This document shows, piece by piece, positions 50,418 through 64,000 of a stretch of DNA of 64,000 nucleotides (the stretch's first letter is position 1; each line of letters starts with the position of its first letter). The notes beneath the pieces are model-generated. The model was not told the DNA's origin. It was given only the letters and a program-made list of their open reading frames with translations, and did no database searches. This DNA comes from Octopus sinensis (taxonomy: Eukaryota), in the NCBI RefSeq assembly GCF_006345805.1, contig NC_042999.1, forward strand, positions 147,684,001-147,748,000, read 5' to 3'. The position numbers and the translations under genes are program-made.

Positions 50418-53400
50418 GCACACACACATATGTATGTCTGGATGAATCATTTATGGAGCTATTTAATGCTCTAAGATACAGTGGTGTCGTATTTAGAGTT
50501 CTGGGATCGACGAATCTTGAATGAAATAAATTGATCTCTCACTTTTAAATAATTCCTTCGGAGAAAACACGAACATGAAAATTCCCTAATCACCTGCAGC
50601 GAACGTATAGAACTTGTGTGCATCATCAACTGACAGTTTTCCAAGATGCCAGAAATGTAAGATAAGATTCCAGGAAGTGGGTGATCAATAAAGTTTCTCT
50701 TTATTTATACATGCATGTGTTTAGTTAAATGAATCTCAGAAAAGAATATATCTTTCTGTTGAATGAACCCAAGAAAGGTTGATATTTGGTGTACGGCATT
50801 GATACAGTCTGGTACACTGTGATGATACTGTTTCTTAGAATTACAGTAATTATAATACATCTACCCATCCGGGTCTTTTTGAGAACTAAACATCTACGAA
50901 GTATAAAGTGAATCGGATCGTGGTTGCTCCCCTTGCACTAAATAGGATCCGGTGATCAAAAAAACATAACCTGCCGTTGTGACTGGACCAATTACAGGAT
51001 GGTCAATTTTAGAATACATTTGTCCGGCGGAGAAATATCGACAACATGGAGGTGTTATACAAAATTGAATAGTTCAAGCAGTAAATCGAAAGTGTGTTTC
51101 ATTGTCAGTGTCACACCATCTCACTTCATACTCTATGACATTTGCTATTCGTCTAAATGAAATGTTATCATCAAAGTAATATTATCACTCGGGAAATAAT
51201 AAACTGAAGTAATTAAACAGGTCTGTCCTGATAACTTAATTTCATTTCTTACAGTGTTTCTGTGTAGTCGCTTATCTATGTGATCTAACTGACACATTGT
51301 GTTGACTGTCTATAATTTCATATCTTCAACTTATAACTAATGTCAATTTAGTTTAGAGAACACTGCTATAAAGTATATTTTAACGCAATTAACTGTGACA
51401 AAAGATTTATAGTAGTTGCAATATCAATACTGGGAGTCATATATTAATTATTTTAGATACATCCAACGACGAAATATGTTCTTATCAATATTTCATGTAT
51501 ATAATGGTGTGTGGGTTTTTGATATATATTATATCATATATTATAAATTATGCAAAACGTTCAAGTATATACGAGCGGGTAAATTGAAAAGTTAAATACG
51601 AATTTATTGAAAACACTTGTCTTTTCAGAATTTTAACGAGTGTAATTATGAAGCATCAGAGAAGAGACGTGTATATTAAGTCGCTAGTCTATTACAGAAC
51701 ATACTAAGCATTCAGCAGTTCACTTTCTCTTATCTGAATATGGCTCAGGGTATTAGAGATTGGCTAATGTAAGGTACACCAATATTGCGTTGATTTATTG
51801 CGCTGCGTTCAATTCCCGTACAAACGATAATTGCCATAAACCAGTATCTTGCAGTTAAATCTATATTTCGAGTGTTTAACGCTATGATAATCAGGTTTTA
51901 GGATCTTAGAAATTCATTCGTAGAATAGTTCTAGCTGATGTCAAAACAACACTCGACGTATATGATTTCCTTCCCAGTATCTTTGTCAAAAGGACCTCTA
52001 TTTAATCAATCTAGTTTTATGTTAAGTATAAAGTAGATGCATAACTAGGTAATGTATGTAAAAGTATCTTGACAGATGGATCCGATTTTCGCTAGATTGC
52101 GACACAAAGATGTCTCCATATAGACTATAGTACATTATTCGATTATAGTAGAGGAGATGTCATAACAGTCCTGCAATGGCTGATTCACAGGTTAAAATAT
52201 TTTGCGTTGTCTCTCTAAGTTCTGTGTTCAATAATGATGAAGATGTGGTAAATAAAATACTATTCCGAAATACAACTAACTGTATGACAAATCTTTTAAA
52301 ATTTGTCCCAATATTTGAATATTTAACAAAAGAAGAAGTTGATAGCACTCATAATTCCACAGACTAAATTCATTAAGTATTCAGTTCATGTTCTGCATTC
52401 GGAGACCACGATCTACCTTGGTTGTAATTATCTGTCCGAATTATTTGACACATTCAACGGCTTATATTTGTTTACGAGTGAGATAAACAGATGCTAGATA
52501 TAGGCAAACAGTTTATGATCCAGTGGATTGAGAATATAGTAATTTTCTTTTTGCTTTAAATGGAGGTGGATTAACTGTAAATACATTTCAGAGATTACTA
52601 CGTAAAATCAATTTTAATATTTACATAAAACGCTGCATTGCTATTTGTTTGATCTTCGATCTATAGATTGCCTTTTTTCATAGATGTTATTGTCTTTCGT
52701 TTAGAAATTAAGATTCTCACTTAGATTCAAATCTTGGATTATGTACGCAATTCCAGCCATAAGAAATTTGATGTAAATCGTTGATCAAATCAATTAATAT
52801 ATAGTGTAGATATAAATATGGTCTAAATTATTTTCATCTCTCAAGATGAGGGACATAGCCGGAAAACATAGACTAACATAAAATGTGGTGATATTTCAGT
52901 ATTATTGCATAATGGAATATCCTTACAATAATAACATCTGAACTTGCCTTTAAGATCAGAAATAAAAAGCACTACAATTAAATTACTGAAAATTAATGCC
53001 TATCATAATCTGGATTAAATTTACCACTTCTTTGCGATGGGGAATAAAGCTGAAAATTTAACTTTCGATTATCTCAAGAATATTACTGGCTCTACGCCAA
53101 AATATGAAACCATTATCTAAAACGTATTTTAAACCTTTAACTCTTCTTAGGTGGAATGCGCTTAATTTAAATACCTCATTTCCCCACAAACGTTGAATGT
53201 TAGGTATAGGTTTGTTCCTTTCCTGATTGCAATGTCTTCGTCTTCAACCAGCTGCAGAATGGATTCTTGTCGATGTATTGTTTATGATATCGTAGATAAA
53301 ATTGTAAGTAACTGCAGCAACATAAACTAATGCCTCTTGCAGCCTATCTATAAAAATCACAATATTACGTGTTATTAATGAAATCCTATATTAATACATT

Positions 53401-53605
53401 TATTAGCGAGGCAACGGAGTATCTTCTCTCTCCCACTCATCTGCTATGATGACAACTTCTTCACTTTTAACCTACTCTTACTGTTTTCAAAGGAAAGCAA
53501 TAAAATAGTTGCAGGAAAGTAGTTTCAGAAAACTAGTTTTAAATACTTGACGAAAAGCATTAAAAGCTTATATGTTACGAATCAAGCATTACTGTAATAA
53601 CATGG

Positions 53606-54202
<597 letters not shown>

Positions 54203-54299
54203 GCAGTGTTTTTAAGTTAATACGTTCAACTCAAAAACCAACTACATTGGATCAAATGCAAAACACGTCGGCAAAAATATTCATACATATCAGTACTCA

Positions 54300-54652
54300 A
54301 AGTATAGTCCAAATTATAATACCAAACCCAAGACACGCTTCACAGAATGGTGATAGTACTATTCTTCAAAGCCAAAGAAGTCGAAGAGCCAGTGATTGGC
54401 CTGGAAAATCACGTTGATTATTTATGGAGATGGCAAAAGTGTCATTCTCTTTAATTCATCTGGAACCCGTCTGTAAAGTAAACAGTGAGTGAAACATTAA
54501 AAACTTAAAAACCTTACAAAATCCATTAAACGAAAGAGACCGTTCAGAAAATGCTACACATTCACCATGACAACGCCCTATCGCAGACATCTTTGCAACA
54601 CATCAGGCGATCCGCAACTTGGGGGGATTGGCTACTCTCGCACAATCCACCG
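54300..54652 (+). pseudogene. Mariner transposase catalytic-region fragment
   Basis: Disrupted frames give SKPKKSKSQ*LAWKITL, a DGKSVIL-like segment and HHDNALSQTS...HNPPY. Confidence 0.65.
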
Positions 54653-54677
54653 TATCTCTGTCTGTGTCTATGTGCGT

Positions 54678-54731
<54 letters not shown>

Positions 54732-55029
54732 TTGTGTGAGTGTGTGTATGTAATAAAGAACATTGCGTATTATAGAATTTATATATGTATTATTTGTCTA
54801 ATATTATGTCAAATACACTTTACATTTGTTGTCTTTCTTCCTCTTATTACATTCGCACTAAACGATCTCTAACGTTATAAATGCGCTTTGATAACTACTG
54901 AGATTGTTATTGCTTACACAAAATTGCTCGCACTTGGTGCCCTCTGCAGTTGCTGATTTGTGTGATACCTATGATAATTAAAGGACTCAAAATAAGAAAT
55001 GAAATAATATAAGGGTGTGCGCGTTTGTA

Positions 55030-55325
55030 CGCGCTCATGGCCTAGTAATTGGAGTGTTGCATTTGCGAGCTAGTGACCGTGAGTTCACTTCTTAGGCCGA
55101 GTAATATGTTGTGTTTTTTGAGCAAAACACTTCATCTCATGTTCTTCTGCAATTATTGCGGCACCTGATGCGTGGCACACAGTACACCTGTTCAGATTAC
55201 ATCGATTTGATGGAGAGCGTGGGTTAATGTGCTGCACGAAAATTTGATCACTATAAACAAGACTTTTGTGTAGGTCATTTGGTAAAAGCTGAACGCTCAT
55301 ACGTCATCTTCGACAGGAGAATCTA
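55030..55325 (+). mobile_element. Old tRNA-derived SINE family E
   Basis: catggcctagtaattggagtg...gtgagttcacttc head, tgttttttgagcaaaacacttcatctca domain, body shared with 16363-16577. Confidence 0.6.
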
Positions 55326-55746
55326 TTATACATATATACATATATACATACACACGCATGCACACACACACACATACAAACACACACACACACACACTCA
55401 CACACTCACACACACACATATATATATATAAACACAAATTTGAAGAACCAATATCCCCGTAAGGAATTGTTATAAACAATCCAGATGCCAGCTGGGTTTA
55501 ACCAAATATATTGATAATGAGTTCCTCGATATAGATGTATAAACAGTCTCAGAAATTAAAAAGTCAATAAAAGAAACTAGAAAAGAAAAAATATATAAAA
55601 GATGCTTGGTTTATTTTATCTTCATCACAGTGGAAATGTAATGCAAATTAAAAGATTAAATGATATACCTATAAGGACAAGTTTAAATGGAGTTGCATCA
55701 ACAAGAAAAAAAAATGAAAGAAAAATTCCAAAACTTTTTATACACA

Positions 55747-55908
55747 GCAGGAGTGGCTGCGTGGTAAGTAGCTTGCTAACCAACCACATGGTTCTGGGTT
55801 CAGTCCCACTGCGTGGCATCTTGGGTAAGTGTCTTCTGCTATAGCCCCGGGCCGACCAATGCCTTGTGAGTGGATTTGGTAGACGGAAACTGAAAGAAGC
55901 CTGTCGTA

Positions 55909-55967
<59 letters not shown>

Positions 55968-56175
55968 ATGTGTGTGTGTTTGTGTGTCTGTGTTCATCCC
56001 CCTAGCATTGCTTGACAACCGATGCTGGTGTGCTTACGTCCCCGTCACTTAGCGGTTCGGCAAAAGAGACCGATAGAATAAGGCCCGGGGTCGATTTGCT
56101 CGACTAAAAGGCGGTGCTCCAGCATGGTCGCAGTCAAATGACTGAAACAAGTAAAAGAGAAAAGAGTAAAAGAGT
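55747..56175 (+). mobile_element. Full-length SINE family A
   Basis: Reverse complement of the 16615-17032 family, with a gtaaaagag tail repeat. Confidence 0.9.
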
Positions 56176-57019
56176 ATATGTTTCAATCCGACCATATGTT
56201 TGAATCGTCGATAATTCTAAGTTTTATAGATGTAATAGACGATATATTGTCGGATATCGTCAGGAAAAGTAAATATATTTTCGGTCTTGAATTACGAAAT
56301 TACTTATTTGAGGACTATGTTTAGGAATTTTCAAATGTAAGCAAACAACTTATTAGGATGCAGAGTTCATGTGATCAGAAATTTAGCTAATATTGAATGT
56401 TGAAATGCTGCTAAAACGTCAAATTTATTTTAAAAATATATCTATTACTATATTTAAATTTAAATTTAAATTTTTTTTTAAAGTTTATGTGAGGAATGTG
56501 GTAGAAAAACAGATATAAACATGAGTGTTTTAATGAATACTATGATAATGTTTTCTAGAAGTAGTATACAAAAGCGTTGTATGCAAAAATAGCCTAATTG
56601 TCATAATATAGAATTAAGTTTGTTGTTTTATTATTTAATTATATACTGGCGTCACCAATAATTGAATTAAAAAATTAGCTTTCTTAAATATGTTTATTTT
56701 TTTATTTTTGTAAAATATTTACGTTATCCAAATGACGTTACCATTAATTGAAGGAAGCAATGTATTAGGTTGAATTCGCTTCAAGCGTACATTTTGTAAA
56801 CATCTATCAACTGGCAATATTTCAGATGTTGAATTCGAATTTCACTAATTTTGGATAGCCTTGATATAGTTGTGTTAATATATATTTTCGAATACATTAA
56901 TATTAATTTTAATAGTATCTCTATACATAGATATGTTAATGCAATAAAACCAATTGTTGGCTCGTTAAGGTGAGAATAAACAAGCTTTTGAATAAACAAG
57001 CTTCGAGTTTACAAGGAAA

Positions 57020-58109
57020 ATAGAGAAAACTGAGTATCGTGCTGGCATAAAATACCTTCATTTGAAATCCATGAAAATATGATTAGAATCTTAACAGACA
57101 ATACTCCTTCATATGCAACAGTCAAACGCTGGGTAAATGAATTCAAGCGTGGCAGGGAGAGTGTGGAAGACGATCCCAGACCAGGGAGCCCTCCAACTGC
57201 AACCACCAAGTACAATCTTGACCTTGCTCTTGGTATGATATTGCAAGATCGCCGAATATCATGTCGTCAGATAGCCGAGTGACTGGGCATAACAACTAAA
57301 AGAACAGACAACATTGTAACAAAAAACTTGGGTTCTCAAAGGTTTCTGCAAGGTGGGTCCCTCTCCTTTTGACTCCCGAAGAGAAACGCACCAAGTGCAC
57401 TTTGTCCATGTGCAATCTAATCTGGAAATCTTTGAAGCCGATGAAGAGAATTTTCTTGCTCGTTTCATTACTATGTACGAAAGCTGGGTTCATCACTACC
57501 AGCCTGAAACCAAAGAATAATCAAAGCAGTGGAAGCACAAATCTTCTCCTACCCCAAAGAAGGCCAGGCTCATTCCTCCAGCTGGCTAGGTCATGGTGTC
57601 CGTTTTTGTGGATTCTCAAGGTGTCTTGCTGATCGATTACCTTGAAAAGGGCCACAACGTGACAGGGCTGTATCATTTTCAGCTACTGAAACGCCCCCGA
57701 GAAAAGAAAAAAGGCCGGTAATGTTCACCAGAGGCGTCCATTTTCATCACGACAAGGCTCCAGCCCACACCTCAGTGGTTGCCATGGAAATAAATCGTAA
57801 TTATGGATACGAACTTGTTCCCCATCCGCCTTATTCACCAGACTTAGTCCCCTCTGACTTCCATCAATTTCTAAAAATGAAAAAACCATGGCTGGTCGCC
57901 ATTTTGCCAGTGACAATGACGTCATAGACGCTGTAGGAAGTTTCTAGGAATCTCAAACAAAAGAGTTCTTCAATGCCGGGATAATGGCGCTTCGGCACCG
58001 CTGGAGAAAGTGTTCAGCCATCGTGGGGGACTATGTTGAAAAATAAATCATTAGAAGTCTTGTACCATGTTTTTTATTTTGAGGCTCAAGGCTTTTCAAA
58101 CAACCCTCG
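57020..58109 (+). pseudogene. Near full-length mariner (D,D34D-type) transposase pseudogene with right TIR
   Basis: EKTEYRAGIKYL; SYATVKRWVNEFKRGRESVEDDPRPG; ARWVP; TMYESWVHHY; HHDKAPAH; HPPYSPDLVPSDF; GDYVEK* (stop ends at 58046). Terminus ttttcaaacaaccctcg+TA. Left TIR not found. Confidence 0.92.
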
Positions 58110-58188
58110 TATATATGTATATATATACATACATATATATGTGTGCATATATATATGCATATATATGTATATGTATATATATACATAC

Positions 58189-58221
<33 letters not shown>

Positions 58222-58226
58222 ATATA

Positions 58227-58268
<42 letters not shown>

Positions 58269-58346
58269 GAAATATATATAAATGAAATGGGCTCCGTGTG
58301 GGCAGTCATCTAAAAGTTTTTGTTCATCTTGGTGCTGGCATAAGTT

Positions 58347-58442
58347 CCTTTTTTTATCCTGACGAGAAGGCGGTATAATGCACCCCTTATTCCTTCGAAA
58401 TTAGGAATATGCAGCCTTCGAAACATATGTCGAGAATAAAGG
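58347..58442 (+). ncRNA. Type I hammerhead ribozyme, canonical core, GUC triplet
   Basis: ...ttatc-CTGACGA-gaaggc[loop containing tattcct/aggaata hairpin]gccttc-GAA-ACATATGT-C-gagaataaagg. Helix I is imperfect. Confidence 0.75.
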
Positions 58443-58627
58443 AATTTTGTTAATTCGTCGTTCTTTCATTTATTTGTATTAAAAAAACACACAGATTTCC
58501 ACACGAAAGCACGTGATCTTTGCCCTTGGCATGTAGCTTCAACCGTGTTTTTCTGACGTGAATTTGCTACCCAGGTATCGATTAACCGAATTATCCATAA
58601 TAAGATAATTCATTCAACTACTTATAT

Positions 58628-58659
<32 letters not shown>

Positions 58660-58729
58660 CACATACATACATATATATGTGTGCATATATATATGCATAT
58701 ATATGTATATGTATATATATACCCATCTG

Positions 58730-58761
<32 letters not shown>

Positions 58762-59621
58762 ATATACATGTGTATATCAATTGCGTACCAAAATGCTATA
58801 ATAATTGAGAAGGTTTAGTATTGAAATTTGCAGTTTACATAATGCTGGCGTCTTTTTACTGTCCTTACTATATCTACAGCAGCATGCTGTGCTTGACGGA
58901 GCTACATACATTCTTCAAATGATCAGTATGGAAACACATCAATTTTACTCTGATATTGTCATTGTGATCTACTCAGTAACATTACTAAAAGCATTCAAAC
59001 GGGAAACTAATCCCCTTGCAGAATGATATAATTTTCATTTTGCAGCAATGTGTCTTTCAAATATTGCTTGTAAGTGGCTGGGTTCTTGTAAATAGATTAA
59101 GTTGTACTGTTACAAAGTCCATTAATCATATTTAAATCTTGCTATTAAGGTAAAGGTGGATAAGAATTGTAAAACAAAATTTCTCCATGAAATATGTCTT
59201 TTCAATAACAGAATCTACAACAACATTGCCAGAGGATAGTCAAAGACATTTTTTTTATACTTTCATGCAATATGAGCCTCAACAATATTTTGAAGATTAT
59301 TCTTACGATAAGAGCTCAATCCAAATGTTATCATTCTCTACAGGCCTGTAATAGAACATCAATCGTTTCACGATCCTTTCGATTCGGTAGTTGCATATCC
59401 TTTGCACATCGAAGTAGACCTTTCTTCTCAAATGGAGAATGGATCATAAGTAATTTCAAGCTTGTAGCTCAGCTCTCAGTTCTAGAAAAAGCGCCGAGAA
59501 ACTCTGTGATCATGTCAGCAAAAAGAATAATATTATAAATAAGATGAAATATGTTATATCACTAGCTTCATGTGCGTATATCGACATTTTGTGGCATTTC
59601 ATTTCAGTAAATATTGTGTTG

Positions 59622-59922
59622 GTGGAGGCACATGGCCTAGTGGTTAGAGCAGCAGACTCGCGGTCGAGGGATCGCGGGTTCGAATCTCAGACCGGGCGAC
59701 GTGTGTGTTTATTAGCGAAACACCTAAGCTCCACGCAGCTTCGGCAGAAGGTAATGACGAACTTCCGCTGACTCTTTCGCCACAACTTTCTCTCACTCTT
59801 CCCACCTGCATCTTGCAGCTCACCTGCGACAGACCCGCATCCCGTCCAGGTGGGGAACCTATACGCCAAGGAAACCGGAAAAAGGCCCTTATGAGCCAGG
59901 CATGGCTCGAGAAGGAACAAAC
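59622..59922 (+). mobile_element. tRNA-derived SINE family C, alternative-tail subtype, with 13-bp TSD
   Basis: TSD aaatattgtgttg at 59609-59621 and 59923-59935. A box tggcctagtgg, B box ggttcgaatct, (aaca)n tail. Confidence 0.92.
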
Positions 59923-61335
59923 AAATATTGTGTTGAATCGTTTTTGCCAATTTCGGTTTGGCATGAATCTTGCAAAGCATAAATCTGTTATCAGTAGCTG
60001 CAATATTAAAAGTTTAATTAGTTTTAGTACCATGTTTTTAAACAATGCAACCAGTCTTTGGATGCAGCAGTGAGAACCGGTTAATCTAAACTGGTTTTCT
60101 CATATTCAATAAGTACCCAGTTATTTTAAAGCAGTAAAAGTTGCATAAAACGTGCATATTGTACTTGCATAAATTTCTATAACTATTACGAATATTTACA
60201 TTCTCTAACATCAAATTATATTTTAATCCCTCCTGAATCAATAAATATGTACTAGTGACACACTGGGAAATTGTTCAATCAATAATACCGTTGGTATACG
60301 TAGGTTTTTTTTATGAGATAATATAGGAATGTAAACATTCCTAATACTATCACTGTTTCCTCACATTAAACTAATTCTTGGAATTTGTTAATGTCACGAT
60401 CACGAAAAGATCGTTTGTTAATTACTCTCCATAATATTCTCTACATTATTTTTTAAATAATTCCACGACAGAAAACTTTTCTGACGCTAATTATAAAATG
60501 AGATCTCCAAACGCTTATTTAATCTGCTCTATGTATAAGAGAATATATTATTCTCTAAATCTCAGATGGGTTAGTAATTCACGCGCGATAACATTTCCCA
60601 GTGGTTGAGTAATTTCTCAAAACTTTTGCTAAAATATTGATATAATACATGAGAGAATTTTCATCAGGTTGTGCATGTTGAAAATGTTTCTAACTGTTCA
60701 ACTATTTTTACATATAAAAGAAACCAGAAAATTTTGCTCCCGTTTCGTAAAATTATGACATCACTTGAATATTACTAATTCGATACTCATCATTACAATA
60801 TCATTACCAACATAACTGAAGAAAGAAAAAAATCTATAATAAACTTAGGTGATAAATGAAATCAGAATATAAGCGAATTTAATTATAACGGACCAGAAAT
60901 GAAACGATTATTTAATTAATAATACTTGATTACTAATTTTTACGATAATCGGGTGAAATTTCGGGCTACCAAATTATACGTTTCTATTATTGGTTTGATA
61001 CAGTCTGGCTGCTAAAAATTCTCTTAGTATTGTCCATCAGTCAATAAAATTTTGTAACATTTATCGATTTGCCTGCCAAGGATGTTTTTTTTTTAACTAT
61101 ACCATTTCGAATGGACACCGTAACATTCTTTTGAATAAACTACAATTATTAACATGTGAGCATGTAGTATTTGTATGTGTGGGTAGTATGTGTATGTGTG
61201 GGTAATATATATATATACAAATAATATAGGATGAAGGTTTGTTTTGTTTTTTTTTACAGAAAAAAAATTCCATCAAAAAATGTGGCAGCATATTAAAATA
61301 CCTTTACGGTTAAAATTATAAACAACTTATACAAA

Positions 61336-61523
61336 AGGGTAAAGAAAATTATTTCAATGCCAATATGCTGATAACAGACTTTTAAATCGTCAATTTCCAC
61401 ATATTATTTACTCGCTCAGTTCTTCGTGTTTTTTTTTTCTGTAGCGAGTAAATTATATGTGGAAATTGACGATTTAAAAGTCTGTTATCAGCATATTGAC
61501 ATTGAAATAATTTTCTTTAGCCC
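61336..61523. repeat. Long hairpin / MITE-like inverted repeat
   Basis: 76-bp arms 61341-61416 and 61443-61518 (74/76 complementary), 26-nt spacer, extendable by agggt/agccct. Confidence 0.85.
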
Positions 61524-61621
61524 TTATTAATAAGTTATATATATATATATAAATGTACGCGTGTATGTATATATAGGAATGTGTATATCTACGCATAGCT
61601 CCCTCTCTCGCTTTTCTGTTC

Positions 61622-61686
<65 letters not shown>

Positions 61687-62425
61687 TTTCCGCCTGCGTA
61701 ACACACATAACGTACATCGAAAAGAAACAAGCGCAAGAACTGAAAATATTCTATCGGTATATTATATGAAGCTTATTTCTTTCTTGTTTATATATTTATT
61801 CACGATATTGCGACAGGTAGCTACTTTGTATATCTTTTTAGATATTTTTGCGGTGCGCTTTCTATTACAATATTTTCTGCGACATCCGCCGTCGTTACCG
61901 AGTCGATTGTTCAGTTATTTTGATTCATATCGGAATTCTTGTTCAAAACTACCAACTTAATCTTGCTTCTGCTTATTTTGGGATTATCTTTCGGTGCATG
62001 GTAAAGCTTTTGGGTCAGGCCAGATCAATAGTTTGGGAGTTAAGCCATTCGGATATTGTTCTTGCAGCTGTTTCTGCTGCTAGTGGTGCGGCTTAGCGTT
62101 CACTGCATTTGTAATTATCGTTGCCACGTGAAAGATGATTACGTTGCTATGTTACTCGGAGGATTGGTAATGTCAGTGTTGCTAGTGAAAGAGAATGTCG
62201 GTGATGATGATGATGATGCTAATGACGATGAGGAGGAGGAGGGGAGAGATCGGTGGTAATGCTAGGGATATTGTGAATGGTAGTTATTATGGAGGGTTGG
62301 TGGGGTGGAATGTTGCAGGTGTGACTGTAACATTGTTGCTTTTCGGTAACGAAATCACAGATGCTCCTCTTCCGAGGGCATATAGTTCTTATAGTATATC
62401 TTATGTCTTCTACTACCACCAACGT

Positions 62426-62482
<57 letters not shown>

Positions 62483-62581
62483 AACTACTACTACTACTAT
62501 TATTACTACTACTGCTGCTGCTGCTGCTACTACTACTACTGTTACTGCTACTACTGCTGCTGATGCTACTACTACTACTAC

Positions 62582-62616
<35 letters not shown>

Positions 62617-62636
62617 ATAGTAGTAGTAGCAGCAGT
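62426..62636. repeat. (CTA)n followed by (TAG)n trinucleotide tract
   Basis: Direct reading. Explains the poly-Y/poly-T/poly-S ORFs in the track. Confidence 0.9.
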
Positions 62637-63322
62637 GTTACTACTGGCCCTTATGGTTGTTGTTGCTGTTCGTGTTGTTGGGGTTGGGTGTAGGTTTTAA
62701 GTGGAATCCTATTAATAAAGGTATTGCTCATTCTTTGGAGGGTTCGGTGCTAGTTGTGATGTTGCGGTGATGAAGATGGCGATAGCTATCTTCTGTTCGC
62801 GATGGTGATGATGATAGTGATGGTGCTATCGTTGTCGTTGTTGCAACTAATGCCGCCGTTAAAAGGATCAGGATTCCAGCAGAGCTTTTAATATTATATC
62901 TGTGCGTGTGTGGGTGAATATATGCGTGTATATATGTGTATATGTGTTTGTGAGTCTGTGTGCGCGCTTATTTGTGTATGTCTGTGTATATAGCATTAAT
63001 CTGCGTGCTAGGATATGTGTTTGTTGGCGTATGTCATAATTTGCATGTTTATGCGCCTAACACGAGTGTTTGCGCTTGGGCGTGTTTGAATGTGTACCAG
63101 GTTTTTGCGATGTATGTGTTGGCATGTCTCAGGCTTTATATGTGCGCGCGTATATTCTATATGCATTTTTGACATATATGAGGACATGTGTTTGCGCGTG
63201 TATATGCCTGTTTATGTGTGTATAGTGCGTATGTGTGAGTATATTTTGTATGCCATGTGTAAGGGGATTCTAAGCTTGTATGTATATGTGGGTTTGTATC
63301 ATAAGATTTTTGGCATTATGTG

Positions 63323-63363
<41 letters not shown>

Positions 63364-64000
63364 TATATATTGAAATATATATATATATATATATAGTAAA
63401 TTTTATAGTAAACGGGCTCTTACAGTCGGCTTTCGATGCCCATTGGCGCGTTACACTTATCTGGCCTTTAATAGCGTTTATAAATAATACCGGCACCCAT
63501 AGCCCTTGGTAACAAATTCTGAAATAGCCTTTAAGATATCTACGATTAACCACTGCAAGGGAAATTACTCCTGTAAGACAAACGGGGCTTGGTTTTTTCA
63601 CAGCGGGGGTTTCCTTGTCAAGGCAGGCTTAGATGAACACACACACACACACATAAAACTAATATATATATATAATTTTTTTATTTTTTTCTTTCTGCCA
63701 CCCAACGGTTATCACGGCAGTAGCACTGACAGCCGAACGATCAAACGCACACACGTACACAAAAAATGTTTTCTACCCCTACGCCAACACACACATATAT
63801 AGAACAGTATACACACACACACGTCTCTAAGTAGATTTTTTCTCGCCCCTTATAAACATCCAATATTCTTTAAATAGTCAGAACTTTATTCTCGGTCACA
63901 AAGAACATCTATACACCCTCACCCACATGATGACCGATGCCTGACCCGTTGAATTCTTCAGCCACCGGTTCTCAACATACACTGATAAACGTTTCGCCAT

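Noticed and set aside
52176-52367. 63-aa non-repetitive ORF MADSQVKIFCVV...
   Set aside because: Short, no recognisable homology, no clear splice or promoter context. The same applies to 48251-48553.

Overview
AT-rich, microsatellite-saturated eukaryotic non-coding DNA. It is most likely a coleoid cephalopod (Octopus-like); this is inferred from composition and SINE families, not from a database match. No intact host protein-coding gene, rRNA, tRNA gene or CRISPR array is supportable, and almost all ORFs in the track are translations of (TA)n/(CA)n/(TATG)n repeats. The window is a transposon graveyard: decayed mariner and Tc1 transposases, an RTE LINE 3' end with a 12-bp target-site duplication (TSD), several tRNA-derived SINE families, Helitron-like non-autonomous elements, and a nest of Penelope-like elements (PLEs, three different GIY-YIG remnants) at about 27-40 kb. 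The main unannotated signal is a dense population of minimal type I hammerhead ribozymes (HHRs) from many unrelated families, nearly all with palindromic helix III. A ~640-bp, 4.5-copy tandem array (18.6-21.5 kb) carries one hammerhead per unit, which makes it a retrozyme or ribozyme-satellite candidate. Four HHR-bearing elements share one fold-back architecture, including a 2.45-kb and a 408-bp palindrome. All RNA structures were paired by eye and none is experimentally shown to cleave.
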